NCBI RefSeq assembly: GCF_006345805.1
Contig: NC_043007.1
Coordinates: 40,858,001-40,922,000 of the forward strand
Length of the DNA: 64,000 nt
Reading direction: 5' to 3'
Origin: Octopus sinensis
Taxonomy: Eukaryota
Part shown: piece by piece, positions 51,790 through 63,241 of the stretch
Numbering within the stretch: position 1 is the first letter of the stretch
Layout: each line of letters opens with the position of its first letter
Notes under the pieces: generated by a model
Seen by the model: the letters and a program-made list of their open reading frames with translations, nothing else
What the model was told of the DNA's origin: nothing
Database searches by the model: none
Made by a program: the position numbers and the translations under genes

Positions 51790-52350
51790 GTTTACATATA
51801 AAAAGGTCCGACTTACACAGAAGAGAAATGATATCAGGAATTAAAGGGTTTGAATAAGAGTTTTATGTGTCCAACAGCTGTTTCTGGGGTCTTGGTGGTC
51901 CAAAATAATGATTGTAAATTGATTTCATTGTCGAATAATACCAACCTCCATCTTCAGAGAAGAAGTCTTAGATTTGGGGTTTTGACAGAAAGGGGATTAA
52001 ATGATTTTGTAGAGAACTAAGCGTATTAGGAGGAGTTGGTAGATATTTAGATAGAAAGTAATGGGAGGAGAAATAAATTTCAAGGTTAGGGGTTAATAAG
52101 AAAGCTATTAGGGAGTCATAGTAGTAGAGATGGAAGATGGGATGAAGAGGGAAGGGTGGCTTAGGAAGCATGTGCATGGTAACCTTTGTGTTAGTTTGTA
52201 TGAAGGCTATAGAGTTATGGGTTGAGATAGTGAAAATGGGAATGGCCATTATTTGAGGGAAATAATTTGACTATTTCAGTGGATGAGGGAGATTAGTAAG
52301 GTATGTAGAGAGGTATAAGAGAAAACAGAATTAGCTTCAGGTAATGCAAA
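51790..52350 (-). mobile_element. Penelope-like terminal remnant with hammerhead motif (51870-51960)
   Basis: Minus strand: tct-CTGAAGA-TGGAGGTTGG…CCAAGACCCCA-GAAAC-AGCT-GT-T-gga. Confidence 0.5.
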
Positions 52351-52934
52351 ATAACGTTTCCACCGGCGAGATTTTAAACAATGTAAGTGAAGTTAGCGAG
52401 GAGCTTTAAGTGTTATCCATATGGCTGTTACTGTCTCATTTATGGTTCTGGTTTCATTCACTCAGAATATTGATGAATCGTTTCGTTTACCTTTTCACTG
52501 AAAAGAATGTAAAAACGATTAGTAAAGAAATCCAAGAAACGTATCGTAGTGTAGATGATATAAATATCATCACCAAGAGTCTCCGATATTAGCATAATAC
52601 TGCTTGCTGATTTTACATCTACAGCCCTATAAAATCAAAGAAAAGAAATTTATTAATTACAAATGAGCTATGGAAAGGCATTGACGTTACAACCACCATC
52701 CAACCCAGATTTTAAAACAATACAATAGAGTTAAAAACACATTGTTAGAGACAACTCAACTTCAATGTTAAACGACTGTTTTATCGCATGCAACCATGGA
52801 ATAAATATTTTTTATTTTCCTGGCAAGAGGACAGACAGACAGAAAGAAACATAAACATGCAAACACCTTAATCCGCACTCATACATACACACACAAACAC
52901 ACACACACACACACACACAAGCACACACATACCT

Positions 52935-53160
52935 ATTTCTTTATTACCCACAAGGGGCTAAACATAGAGGGGACAAACAAGGACAGACATAGGTATTAAG
53001 TCGATTACATCGACCCCAGTGCGTAACTGGTGCTTAATTTATCGACCCCGAAAGGATGAAAGGCAAAGTCGACCTCGGCGGAATTTGAACTCACAACATA
53101 ACGGCAGACAAAATACCGCAAAGCATTTCGCCCGGCGTGCTAACGCTTCTGCCAGCTCGC
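52935..53160 (-). mobile_element. tRNA-derived SINE family 2
   Basis: Reverse complement of 41200-41425; a more decayed copy lies at 57290-57520. Confidence 0.88.
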
Positions 53161-53405
53161 ACACACATAGCGTCAACAAGACACACACACACACAAGCAC
53201 ACACATACCGTCAACAAAACACACAAACACAATATATAATTCAGTATCTATAGGAGATATTTCTTAAATCAAATGCTGGAAGAACCATAATAAACTAATT
53301 GACATCATAGCTCTATACTATAGTTATATTACCACCGCCAAAATTCCTCTTAGCATATTATGCAATGAACTGAAACACGGTGAACAATAATTCGGTGAAA
53401 CTTAC

Positions 53406-54911
53406 CATACTATAGACATGACGATGGTAACATTCCTCAGATAAGGTGACTTGAAGATGACAAGTAATTTTACTAACAATGGAGCTTCTTTTTCAACTTC
53501 TATTTGTGACTGATCAACAACTGCTTTGATGTTTGCCTCGACATTAGACTCACAGTTTCGCCCGTCGAGATTAGTTTCGTTCACGGTATTAGCTACTTGT
53601 TGTGTTGAAGTTTCTTTTAAAGTAATATGCCAAACAGTGTCAAAGTCAACTTTGTTTTGTTTAGCTGCCTTTTTGACAATCTTCTCAGCAGCATTTATTT
53701 TCGAAGTAGCAGTTAACCACCGTACACATTCCTGCAGGAAACTGCAATCATAGAGAGATAAATGTGAAATAATAATTGTGTTGTCAGATGGTGTTGAAAA
53801 AAATACAGCGAATATATATGTGTGTATGCGTATATGAGTGTGTTTGCGTCTGTGTGTATAAATGTGCAACCATGATCTCATTGTTTAAATATCCTGCTTA
53901 GATTAATTAAGATTGTATTGCGTTCGATAGTATCCCTACTAGAAATATATGTTGTTTGAATGTACGTACGTATGAACGTTTAAAAGTAATAGCTATCCTG
54001 TACTTATTTTATACAAGCAAGCTGCTTACGTTTTGCATAGAAGCCATCCGCATCTGATCTACAATGCGATTCTTTAATGTGTGCAGATTTGTGCCTTCTC
54101 CTTTCATTAGGCACAACGAATATGAACTACTCAGAACAAATTGAGGATTAGTGAGACATAATATGTGTATAGATTATAGAGTATAGAAGATATGAAGATG
54201 GGAAAGGGAATTATATTGTTTGTGGAAAAATATTCGATTTTAAACCAAGAAATACATCAGAGAAGTCTAGGTTAGAGTGCTAGCTACAGATACTTTAAGC
54301 CTTAGGTTATTGACAATAGCTATTCACTTTGTAAATGTATCTAGCATGACCATCATTATGATGCGATAATTCTAAACCTCCCTCTATGTTCAAATCGATG
54401 TTGCAACTGGTGATCATATTCTTTAATAGGTCGAGTATATACTATAGGAATAATCCGCATATATGCACGTTATAGAACCCATACATCCGTCAAGTGAGTT
54501 TGTTGTTTCTAATTTCTTGAAAACCAAATTAATCCTTTTCCACAGGGCAAAGTTAAGATTGTATTGCGTTCGATAGTGTCTCTATTAGAAATATATGTTG
54601 TTTGAATGTATGTACGTATGAATGTATAAAAGTGTTAGCATTTGTGCGAAAGCATTTTCTTGCAAATTCTAGATTCTTATCATGTAATTGTGTGTGCAAT
54701 GGGTAAAAATCTGGTCCTTACAAAAAATTCTCGGGAAGGCAGCACTAAATAGGAATAATGTGTTCCAGCTGTAATCCTTCAACAAATAGGCTATGATCCC
54801 GACAAGACCATTACTGAGGCTCCAAAGATTCATAAATATACCAGACATAATGATATGCTTTTCTTTGGGGTATATTTCACAAATCAAAGCTGCAGAGCTA
54901 AGAAGAAATGC
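53406..54911 (-). pseudogene. Inverted SLC22-like fragment: exon 4 (54722-54911, 13 bp short, frameshift) and exon 5 (53406-53741)
   Basis: AFLLSSAALICEIYPKEKHII…AYLLKDYSW and FLQECVRWL…[18 protein letters not shown], with AG/GT ends; the exon 4 donor is phase 1 where phase 2 is needed; no exon 3 or exon 6 found nearby. Confidence 0.8.
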
Positions 54912-55494
54912 CTGAAAAATAAAATAGTAAAGAAAATTTCTAATGTAAATTGTAAGTGTATAAGATACTGCAACATGTTCATAATTCTTTCCAGTACTGA
55001 AGATTGTTGGAATTTTAACGTGTGGTTTATTTCAAAGAAATATATCTCACGTAAATCACAAATCAATGTTATATTTTTAATTAACAATATATTATATTTC
55101 TAGGGTTGAAGATTGCCGAGTTGATCGGGTCATATTCTACAAGTTAGTTGGCTGTACGTATATGTCATGGCAAGTCAACCAGACAGTTATTTACCTTATT
55201 AATATTCCATTCCACCGTGTTGCAAATACCATAGGATACGTGTAATTCGCTATGGCAAACAAGGTACCACACTCCATCCTAAATGAGGATTTGTAACGGA
55301 GTAGGAATGATATATGTTGTAAGGACATCATTTATATTACAGTTGGCACATTTTTAAGATGACTTGTGCTTTATACGCTTCATGCCAACACATTCTTTAA
55401 ATACAAATCTGATACAATTAAGAGCATATATTTATAAATGTTTACAGTAATCCCTCGCCATGTCGCGGTTCACCTATCACGGTTTATTATTTAA

Positions 55495-56300
55495 GCTTGC
55501 ACACCACAACTGATGCTTCTTAGGTCCAACATTTCTCTCAAGGTACTAACGCTCTGTCGAGTATGCACACTGACATTACACATCCATCGGAGCATACTGG
55601 CTTCATTCCTCGCGAACTTACGCATGTCCTCAGCAGTCACGGCCTATGTTTCACTGCCATGTAGCATGGCTGTTCGTACACATGCATCATACAGTCTGCC
55701 TTTTACTCTGAGCGAGAGGCCTTTAGTCACCAGCAGAGGTAAGAGCTCCCTAAACTTTGCCCAGGCTATTCTTACTCTAGCAGTTACACTTTCAACGCAC
55801 CCACCCCCACTACTGACTTGGTCACCTAGATAACGGAAGCTATCAACTACTTCTAGCTTTTCCCCCTGGAAAGTGACGGAAGTTGTTTTCTGCAGATTTT
55901 CAGAGTTTATTGCTCCTGAGCATCTGCCACATACAAAAACTATCTTCCCAGTTAGCCTCCCTTTGACATTACTGCACCTCTTATGTGTCCATAGCTTACA
56001 CTGGGTACATCTTATAGAGTTTCTACCTACACCTTTTCTACAAATCGAGCAGGGCCATCTTCCTGAAGACATTTGTGGATTGTCTACCTTCCTACTTATT
56101 AGTACTTTGGTTTTAGCTAGGTTGACTCTAAGGCCCCTCGATTCTAAACCCTCCTTCCACACCTGAAACTTCTCCTCCAGTTCTGATAGTGACTCAGCAA
56201 TTAGAGCAAGGTCGTCAGCATAGAGGAGCTCCCAGGGGCAACCTGTCTTGAATTCCTCCGTAATTGCCTGGAGGACTATGATAAATAGGAGGGGGCTGAG
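55495..56300 (-). mobile_element. RTE-clade LINE fragment (RT C-terminus with inserted Cys-rich finger)
   Basis: PWELLYADDLALIAES…WKEGLESRGLRVNLAKTK…CSIC…CTQCKLWTHKRCS…CGRC…FRYLG…GRLYDACVRTAMLHGSET. Confidence 0.9.
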
Positions 56301-56968
56301 TGAGGAATATTGAATATCAAAGATCAGTATATTATGAAGAGCCGCTATATATTCGTACAGGGAATATTATTGCTCAGTCTTCTGCAAAATGGTTATTTCC
56401 TTGACAGCAGGGGTTCTCAAGTGAGGTCAATATAAGATTTTTAGGTGTCCATGTATTCAATATACTACAATAAGGGTCCACGGGAATTTTTCAGAGGTAT
56501 GGAAAAATTGTGCTTCGGATCAGTAAGGTTTATGTGTAATAAATCGGTTATACGTTCATAATACAGAAAATATTTTAACAATTTTCGATACAAGTCCTAA
56601 TAAAATGTAATTAAAAAATACAATTGGATTTTATAAACATCAAATAACTATGTGGGTTAATCCAAATAAAATAATATTCAAAGGAAATACATAGGCAAAA
56701 GATGGTTAAGAACTACCGTTCTACAGCAACCACGTTTTCTACATTTCTTAGAGTAAGTCATTCACTTGTTTGGTTAACTCTTATTGTATGGAGAGAAATA
56801 ACCGAAATCGACCATTTCTTGTAACTTGTCCTTCACATTTGGCCATGAAGACAGTATCATATAAGGGTGGATGTGTTCAACTTATTGATCTTGATTATAA
56901 CCTGCGCCTCTTATTCAATGTGATTATTCTAAACAATTTCACTTATACACTCATTGTTTTATTCACAG

Positions 56969-57154
56969 GCTTGGGCTTTTCCATGGGCTCCTTGTATTAT
57001 TATAGAATTCTGATGCTTAGCGTCTTAAATTATTATTTGAGTATTTTTACCGGAAACAGGAAACTGCGTCTTACTGCGGATAATCGAAGAAGTTAACAGA
57101 ACGGGAAAGGAACATAAGATGAATCAACTAAAGAAAATCGAAAATGCATTGTAA
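56969..57154 (+). pseudogene. SLC22-like exon 10 pseudo-exon with three in-frame stops
   Basis: tcacag|AWAFPWAPCIIIEF*CLAS*III*VFLPETGNCVLLRIIEEV…*; 186 bp, same length as copy A exon 10. Confidence 0.82.
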
Positions 57155-58029
57155 TTATAAGATGATCATAAAAATTAGTAGAGACATGGGGCGGTTGGGA
57201 CCGGCAAGATTAAATTCATTAAAAACTTAGAATGTTATTGTTATGTTGGTGTGATATTTGGAGAAAGGTCTATGGGCCTTGACATAAAAAGACGCATAAA
57301 TTGGCGAACTAGCAGAACTGTTAGCACGCCAGGGAAAATGCTTAGAGGCATATTGTCTGGGTTTACATTCTGAGTTTAAATTTCGCCTAGGTTGGCTTTG
57401 CTTTTCATCCATTTTGGGTTGATAAAACAAGAACTTGTTGAGCATTGAAATCGATGAATTCATCTTAATCCCTCCCCCGTAATTGCTGGCTTTGTGTCAA
57501 AATTTGAAACCAGTAGAAACGAACACAAGTAATTACTATCGTTCATAAATAATCTATGTACATAAAAACTGAAATTAATTCTTTCTCTCAAGAGAAAATG
57601 AAAGTCTTCAAGCGAAATGTTTTTGATAAAATATTTTCTTCTCAATTACTTTCTACAATTTATTTATGAGTTAATTCATCAATTCATTTACTTTTACTAA
57701 TTAATTGATTTATTGATACAATAACTTTAACTGGTATCTCTATAGACCATTCCATACACATTCAAATTAGTATCCAATTATTTTGACATGGCTTTTTCTT
57801 TCTACATACACACTTACAACCATTCCTCTGTTAGTCTCACTCACTCCTCTCCAACACTTCATACACACACACAATTTATATATATATATATATATCTTAG
57901 AAACACACTAACACACATACACACACACAAACACACACACTCACACACACACACATAATGTCATTTACCTATCCTATGTATAATCATACATATATTATAT
58001 CTATATATCTCTGTGTAAGTATCTATGAG

Positions 58030-58102
<73 letters not shown>

Positions 58103-58400
58103 GTTCGTATTGTAAGTAACACGCTCCCACCATTGGTGTGGGTAAATGGGAATGTGGTCACTCTCCTTGAGCTCATTTCTCAAAATTGGTACCTTTTATA
58201 AAATATGAGTTGAAAACTATTTAGTATGTGGCATGGCGCCTTTTTTATCTGCTCGCTCCCTCTAACTTTAAAACTTGGCATCGCTCCTGCCTGCAACTCT
58301 TCGGTTGTTTCAATATGCGGTTGTAATTTTAAACTTCTAAATGTCCGAAAGAATATGTATTAGAAACGTATCAACAAAAAATATCAAACAAAGCAACATA

Positions 58401-58800
58401 GGCGCAGGAGTGGCTGTGTGGTAAGTAGCTTTTTTACCAACCACATGTTTCCGGGTTCAGTCCCATTGCGTGGCACCTTGGGCAAGTGTCTTCTACTATA
58501 GCCTCGGGCCGACCAAAGCCTTGTGAGTGGATTTAGTAGACGGAAACTGAAAGAAGCCTGTCGTATATATGTATATATATGCGTGTGTGTGTTTGTGTGT
58601 CTGTGTTTGTCCCCCTAGCATTGCTTGACAACCGATGCTGGGGTGTTTATGTCCCCGTTACTTAGTGGTTCGGCAAAAGAGACCGATTGAATAAGTAGTA
58701 GGCTTACAAAAGAATAAGTCCCGGGGTCGAGTTGCTCAATTAGAGGCGGTGCTCCAGCATGGCCGCAGTCAAATGACTGAAACAAGTAAGAGTAAAGAGT
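58401..58800 (+). mobile_element. tRNA-derived SINE family 1, full length
   Basis: ggcgcaggagtggctgtgtggtaag (A box)…ccgggttcagtccc (B box)…gactgaaacaagtaagagtaaagagta. Confidence 0.93.
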
Positions 58801-59215
58801 ATAGGAACATGACAACAACGTTTATAAGTTGAGTATAGTCGATTAAATTTGCTCAATATTTTGACTTGTACTTAAATTCATTAACCCATGAAGGTGACAG
58901 CCAAAGTTTATGAAGGTGGAATTTAACTGTGTCACAGAGTATTTTATCTTGCGTTCTATACTTCACATTGTTTTCTATAAATTTGAATAAGTCGTGATCT
59001 TATGCATCAGTAACAGTATTCGGATCACGTGGTGCTACGTGCAGTGTAAATGATATTCAATACAGCAGAAATAAAATAATTTGCGATATTATTTTGCATT
59101 GGTGATAAAGCAGTCAAATCAACACTTAAACAAGAGCACGCATATATATATATATTTCGTTTGGGGATTTGGTTTGCAAGATTCTTTATATGAGTTCATG
59201 TGTTAAAGCATAATT

Positions 59216-59489
59216 TGTTGTGTCTAGGGAGAGTCATTTTTTTTTTGCGTGCCTTATTATGTAACACATTCACCGGTAAAATTTCCACTTTTTTCTTATT
59301 TTTTTTGTCCTAAAATTTCCGTTTCGTCTTGCAACCTTTTCAATAGTTTTGAGAGTCAAAACTATAGAAAAGTTGCAAGACGCAACGGAAATTTTAGGAC
59401 AATAAAATAATAAAAAAAGTGGAAATTTTACCGGTGAATGTGTTACATAATAAGGCACAAAAAGAAAATGACTCTCCCCAGGCGCAACA
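59216..59489. mobile_element. Foldback / long hairpin element
   Basis: About 135-bp inverted arms centred on atagttttga-gag-tcaaaactat. Confidence 0.88.
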
Positions 59490-59554
59490 GTATATATATA
59501 TAAATATATATGTATGTATGTATGTATGTATATGTGTGTGTATATATATATGTA

Positions 59555-59795
59555 TATCATCATCATCATCGTTTAACGTCCGTTTTCCGCGCTAGCACGG
59601 GTTGGACGGTTTGACCGGGGTCTGGGAAGTCAGGGGCTGCACCAGGCTCCAGTCTGATCTGGCAGTGTTTCTACAGCTGAATGCCCTTCCTAACGCCAAC
59701 TACTCCACGTGTGTAGTAGGTGCTTTTTACGTGCCACTGGCACAGGTGCCAGGGGAGTCTCGCATCGGCCATGATCGGTTGGTGCTTTTAACGTG
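59555..59795 (-). mobile_element. RTE 3' UTR fragment with (GAT)n tail
   Basis: Homologous to 51064-51250. Confidence 0.85.
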
Positions 59796-60489
59796 ATATA
59801 TATATTAGGGTTACGACCTTTTGATTTTTTGGGAAATAAACAATTTCCTGTATCAAAAGGCGATCAGCAATTTCACATAAGTAGGGAAAATAACCTTTAT
59901 TTTAAGTTTTTTTTAAAAATCGTCTCCCTCAACTGAAGAAATTTAACACCACTTTTAACCTAAATCATGCAAAACTCTAGCGGGGTTCATAATGCCTACT
60001 CGATCGAGCTTTTACCAAACTTGGTGTGCTGACTTAATACAATGCAGAAACAGTATATCTCAAATTTCAAGTTTTAGTAGTGTAGGAGTTATAAAGTTTT
60101 TCATTTGTTACCACTTAGGCCCTACTTTAGGAAATATCCTGTTTTCTTTTTTATTTCTTTGACGCTAAAAACTCTGACTATATTAACTGTTTTTCAGAAT
60201 AGTAGGCTTATCCAACTAGAGTATCTAAATTAATGTCCCATAAGAGAAGTGCTTGCATCACTCAAAGAAACAAAAAAATCTGGATGAAGAATCTTGTGCA
60301 ATTTCAAGTCTGACATAGGAAAAGAAGACTTGTTCCTCTAGAGGAGCATTCTTTGGAAAACAACTGCAAGATGCCAATGAAATTTCAAAAACTCTGTGTG
60401 TGTGTCATATATGTATGTGTGAGTGTGTGTACGTGTAAAAGCATGGCCATCATTCTCTGTTGATCTGCATTTGCAACAACAGTGGATGG

Positions 60490-60848
60490 AAGCACTCCGT
60501 CGGTTACGACGATGAGGGATCCGAATCAACGGAACAGCCTGCTCGTGAAATTAACGTTTAAGTGGCTGAGCACTCCACAGACACGTGTACCCTTAACGTA
60601 GTTCTTGGGGTTATTCAGCGTGACACAGAGAGTGACAAGGCCGGCCCTTTGAAATACAGGTACAACAGAAACAGGAAGTAAGAGTGGGAGAAAGTTGTGG
60701 TGAAAGAGTACAGCAGGGATCACCACCATCCCCTGCCGGAGCCTCGTGGAGCTTTTAGGTGTTTTCGCTTAATAAACACTCACAACGCCCGGTCTGGGAA
60801 TCGAAACCGCGAGTCCGCTGCCCTAATCACTGTCCATTGCGCCTCTAC
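60490..60848 (-). mobile_element. tRNA-derived SINE family 3
   Basis: Minus strand gaggcgcaatgg…ggtttcgattcccagacc; its 5' part is shared with the + copy at 62036-62325. Confidence 0.85.
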
Positions 60849-61597
60849 GGCAACAACAGTAAGAACAAACTGAATTCATAACGTGAGAAGAAACATTAAC
60901 AACATAAAGGAAACACACACACACACGCACTTGTTTTCAGATATACTCAGTGGTACCCAAATACCGGGAAATATAATATTACCATATCAGAAGTTGCGTG
61001 GTACTAACAGCAGTAGCAGCAGCATCACTACTACGACCACCACTACGACAATCACAATCACGACGACCATCACGACCACTACCACCTCCAGCTACAACCA
61101 CGATGATGACACTGATGACTACGATGGTGACGATAATGACAGCTTTAAGGGTCAAGGCCAGTCAATGACCCGACATCTATTTTAAAATGTACATTTCCAC
61201 AAATTATCACTTTATATACATAAACACCGTCGCACTAAAACTTACGAATCTCTCATTCACCTCTACACATGTAATATTTTACAATAATATAAACTTGGAA
61301 ACTAATAACAGGAAGCCAGTCCTTTACAAAATTAAAAGACTTTCTGAGGAATCATTTCTAGAAATTCTTTGCAATTTACCAAGTGTGGTAATTTTTGTTG
61401 TTAATATATTTGCTTTATTATTTTGTTTAGAGATGCAGCATCATTTAAAAGCGATTAAAAGTTAAATATTTCATAAATAATGATAAATTTTATAGTCCCA
61501 TCTAAATAGTAAGATCTTTCATTTGATCCATAATGCTAATTAAGAAATAAAAGTTTTTTGAAAAATTAAAGAAGCAAATCGGATAAAGAAAACCACT

Positions 61598-61736
61598 ATG
61601 CAGTCTTCGGAAATTGATGTCGATGGAATTCTGAGAGCTCTGGGAAACTCAAAATACTTTCATACTACTCAATACCTCATTCTCTGCGCCTCGGCACTTA
61701 CTGCTTCAGCCAACAGCTTTTTCTACATATTCATAG
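61598..61736 (+). CDS. SLC22-like copy C exon 1 (rest of the gene beyond the window or lost)
   Basis: MQSSEIDVDGILRALGNSKYFHTTQYLILCASALTASANSFFYIFI, G|gtaag; 139 bp, paralogous to 20784-20922. Confidence 0.85.
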
Positions 61737-61786
61737 GTAAGATCATACGTGTATGCATACATACATATCTATCTGTCTATTTATTA

Positions 61787-61848
<62 letters not shown>

Positions 61849-62035
61849 ATTTATTCATATGTATGTATATATGTATACAAACACACAAGCATAAAGATTT
61901 TTTATACACGGAGTAGATATGCGTTACCCAAATCAGGTTAATATTTTTAGCTACATCCATTTTTTCAAATATCACTGCTTAGCACTTCTATTCCGTATAT
62001 ATATATATATGTATGTATGTATGTGTGTGTATGTG

Positions 62036-62319
62036 GAGGCGCAATTGCCTCGTGGTTAGGGCAGCGAACTCGTGGTCGGAGGATCGCGGTTTCGATTCCC
62101 AGACCAGAGTGTTTATTGAGCGAAAACACCTGAAAGCTCCACGAGGCTCCGGTAGGATGTAGTGGTAATCCCTGCTGTATTCTTTCGCCACAACTTTCTC
62201 TCACCCTTTCTTCTGTTGGCCTGCTCGCTTAGCCAGCGGGGTGGCGTCATTAAAGGCTAAAACAATGCGAAGCGCATTGTGACCAGCGATGTGTAGTAAC
62301 ATCTGATGGCCTGGTCGGT

Positions 62320-62325
<6 letters not shown>
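62036..62325 (+). mobile_element. tRNA-derived SINE family 3 (variant 3' end)
   Basis: gaggcgcaattgcctcgtggttagggcagcg…ggtttcgattccc. Confidence 0.82.
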
Positions 62326-62356
<31 letters not shown>

Positions 62357-62618
62357 CAACAATTGAGGGTAAAATTAATTAATTAATTGATCAATTTCAC
62401 CAAGTATTCAGTATGCAAAGGGACCATTTAAGGCAAATTCAAATTATTACATTATATAAAAGGGCTTAGTAAAATAAATTACTTTGCCGCATACTGAACT
62501 CGTTAGAAATAGCAGCTAAAAAAACTATTTCTAACACTTAAAGAAAACCTCTCTCATATAGTGTTTGCTCAATTCAACTCAAGAAAGTATGAGGGTAGAG
62601 ACATTAAAAAATCAAATG

Positions 62619-62692
62619 CAAAGGTTATTTGAGTACGTACGTTTCAAGATTAGCCAAAATCGACCTTCTCTCATCAGCTCAGAATGCCCTTG
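62619..62692 (-). ncRNA. Type I hammerhead ribozyme, canonical core, copy 1
   Basis: Minus strand: CAAGGG-C-AUU-C-UGAG CUGAUGA GAGA-A-GGUC-gauuuu-GGCU-AA-UCUU GAA AC-guac-GU A^ CUCA-AAU-AA-CCUUUG. All core nucleotides are present, with extended stem I, stem II and a GUA cleavage triplet (A at 62634). Confidence 0.88.
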
Positions 62693-63166
62693 TTTGAATT
62701 TGAAAACACTGAAAATGGGAGCATACCCTTTCGGCTTGTTATCGCTTCTGAAGATCTGTTCCAAACTAACAGTGCCAACAAACTCAAATATGCAGAGAAA
62801 AATTTCTGCTCTCCCCTTTCCACCAGCGTGGGTTAAAATCAGCAAACACTATGCTTTTTTCGGTAAAATCCGAGACAATTAAGTAGAGAGAGATGAATTA
62901 TAATTTCAACAATTGAGGGTAAAATTAATTAATTAATTGATCAATTTCACCAAGTATTCAGTATGCAAGGGACCATTTAAGGCAAATTCAAATTATTACA
63001 TTATATAAAAGGGCTTAGTAAAATAATTACTTTGCCGCATACTGAACTCGTTAGAAATAGCTGCTAAAAAAACTATTTCTAACACTTAAAGAAAACCTCT
63101 CTCATATAGTGTTTGCTCAATTCAACTCAAGAAAGTATGAGGGTAGAGACATTAAAAAATCAAATG

Positions 63167-63241
63167 CAAAGGTTATTTGAGTACGTACGTTTCAAGATTA
63201 GCCAAAATCGACCCTTCTCTCATCAGCTCAGAATGCCCTTG
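63167..63241 (-). ncRNA. Type I hammerhead ribozyme, canonical core, copy 2
   Basis: Same motif with one extra G in stem II; predicted cleavage A at 63182, 548 nt from copy 1. Confidence 0.88.

Noticed and set aside
52410-52592. Hydrophobic ORF near the pseudogene as a further SLC22 exon
   Set aside because: Does not align to any copy B exon in any frame I checked.
58401-58475. tRNA gene candidates at SINE heads (also 41200, 62036)
   Set aside because: A and B boxes are present but there is no full cloverleaf, and each continues into a multi-copy SINE body.
62565-62882. 105-aa ORF in the tandem unit
   Set aside because: Frameshifted in the second copy (63113-63385), no recognisable domain, and it overlaps the ribozyme antisense.
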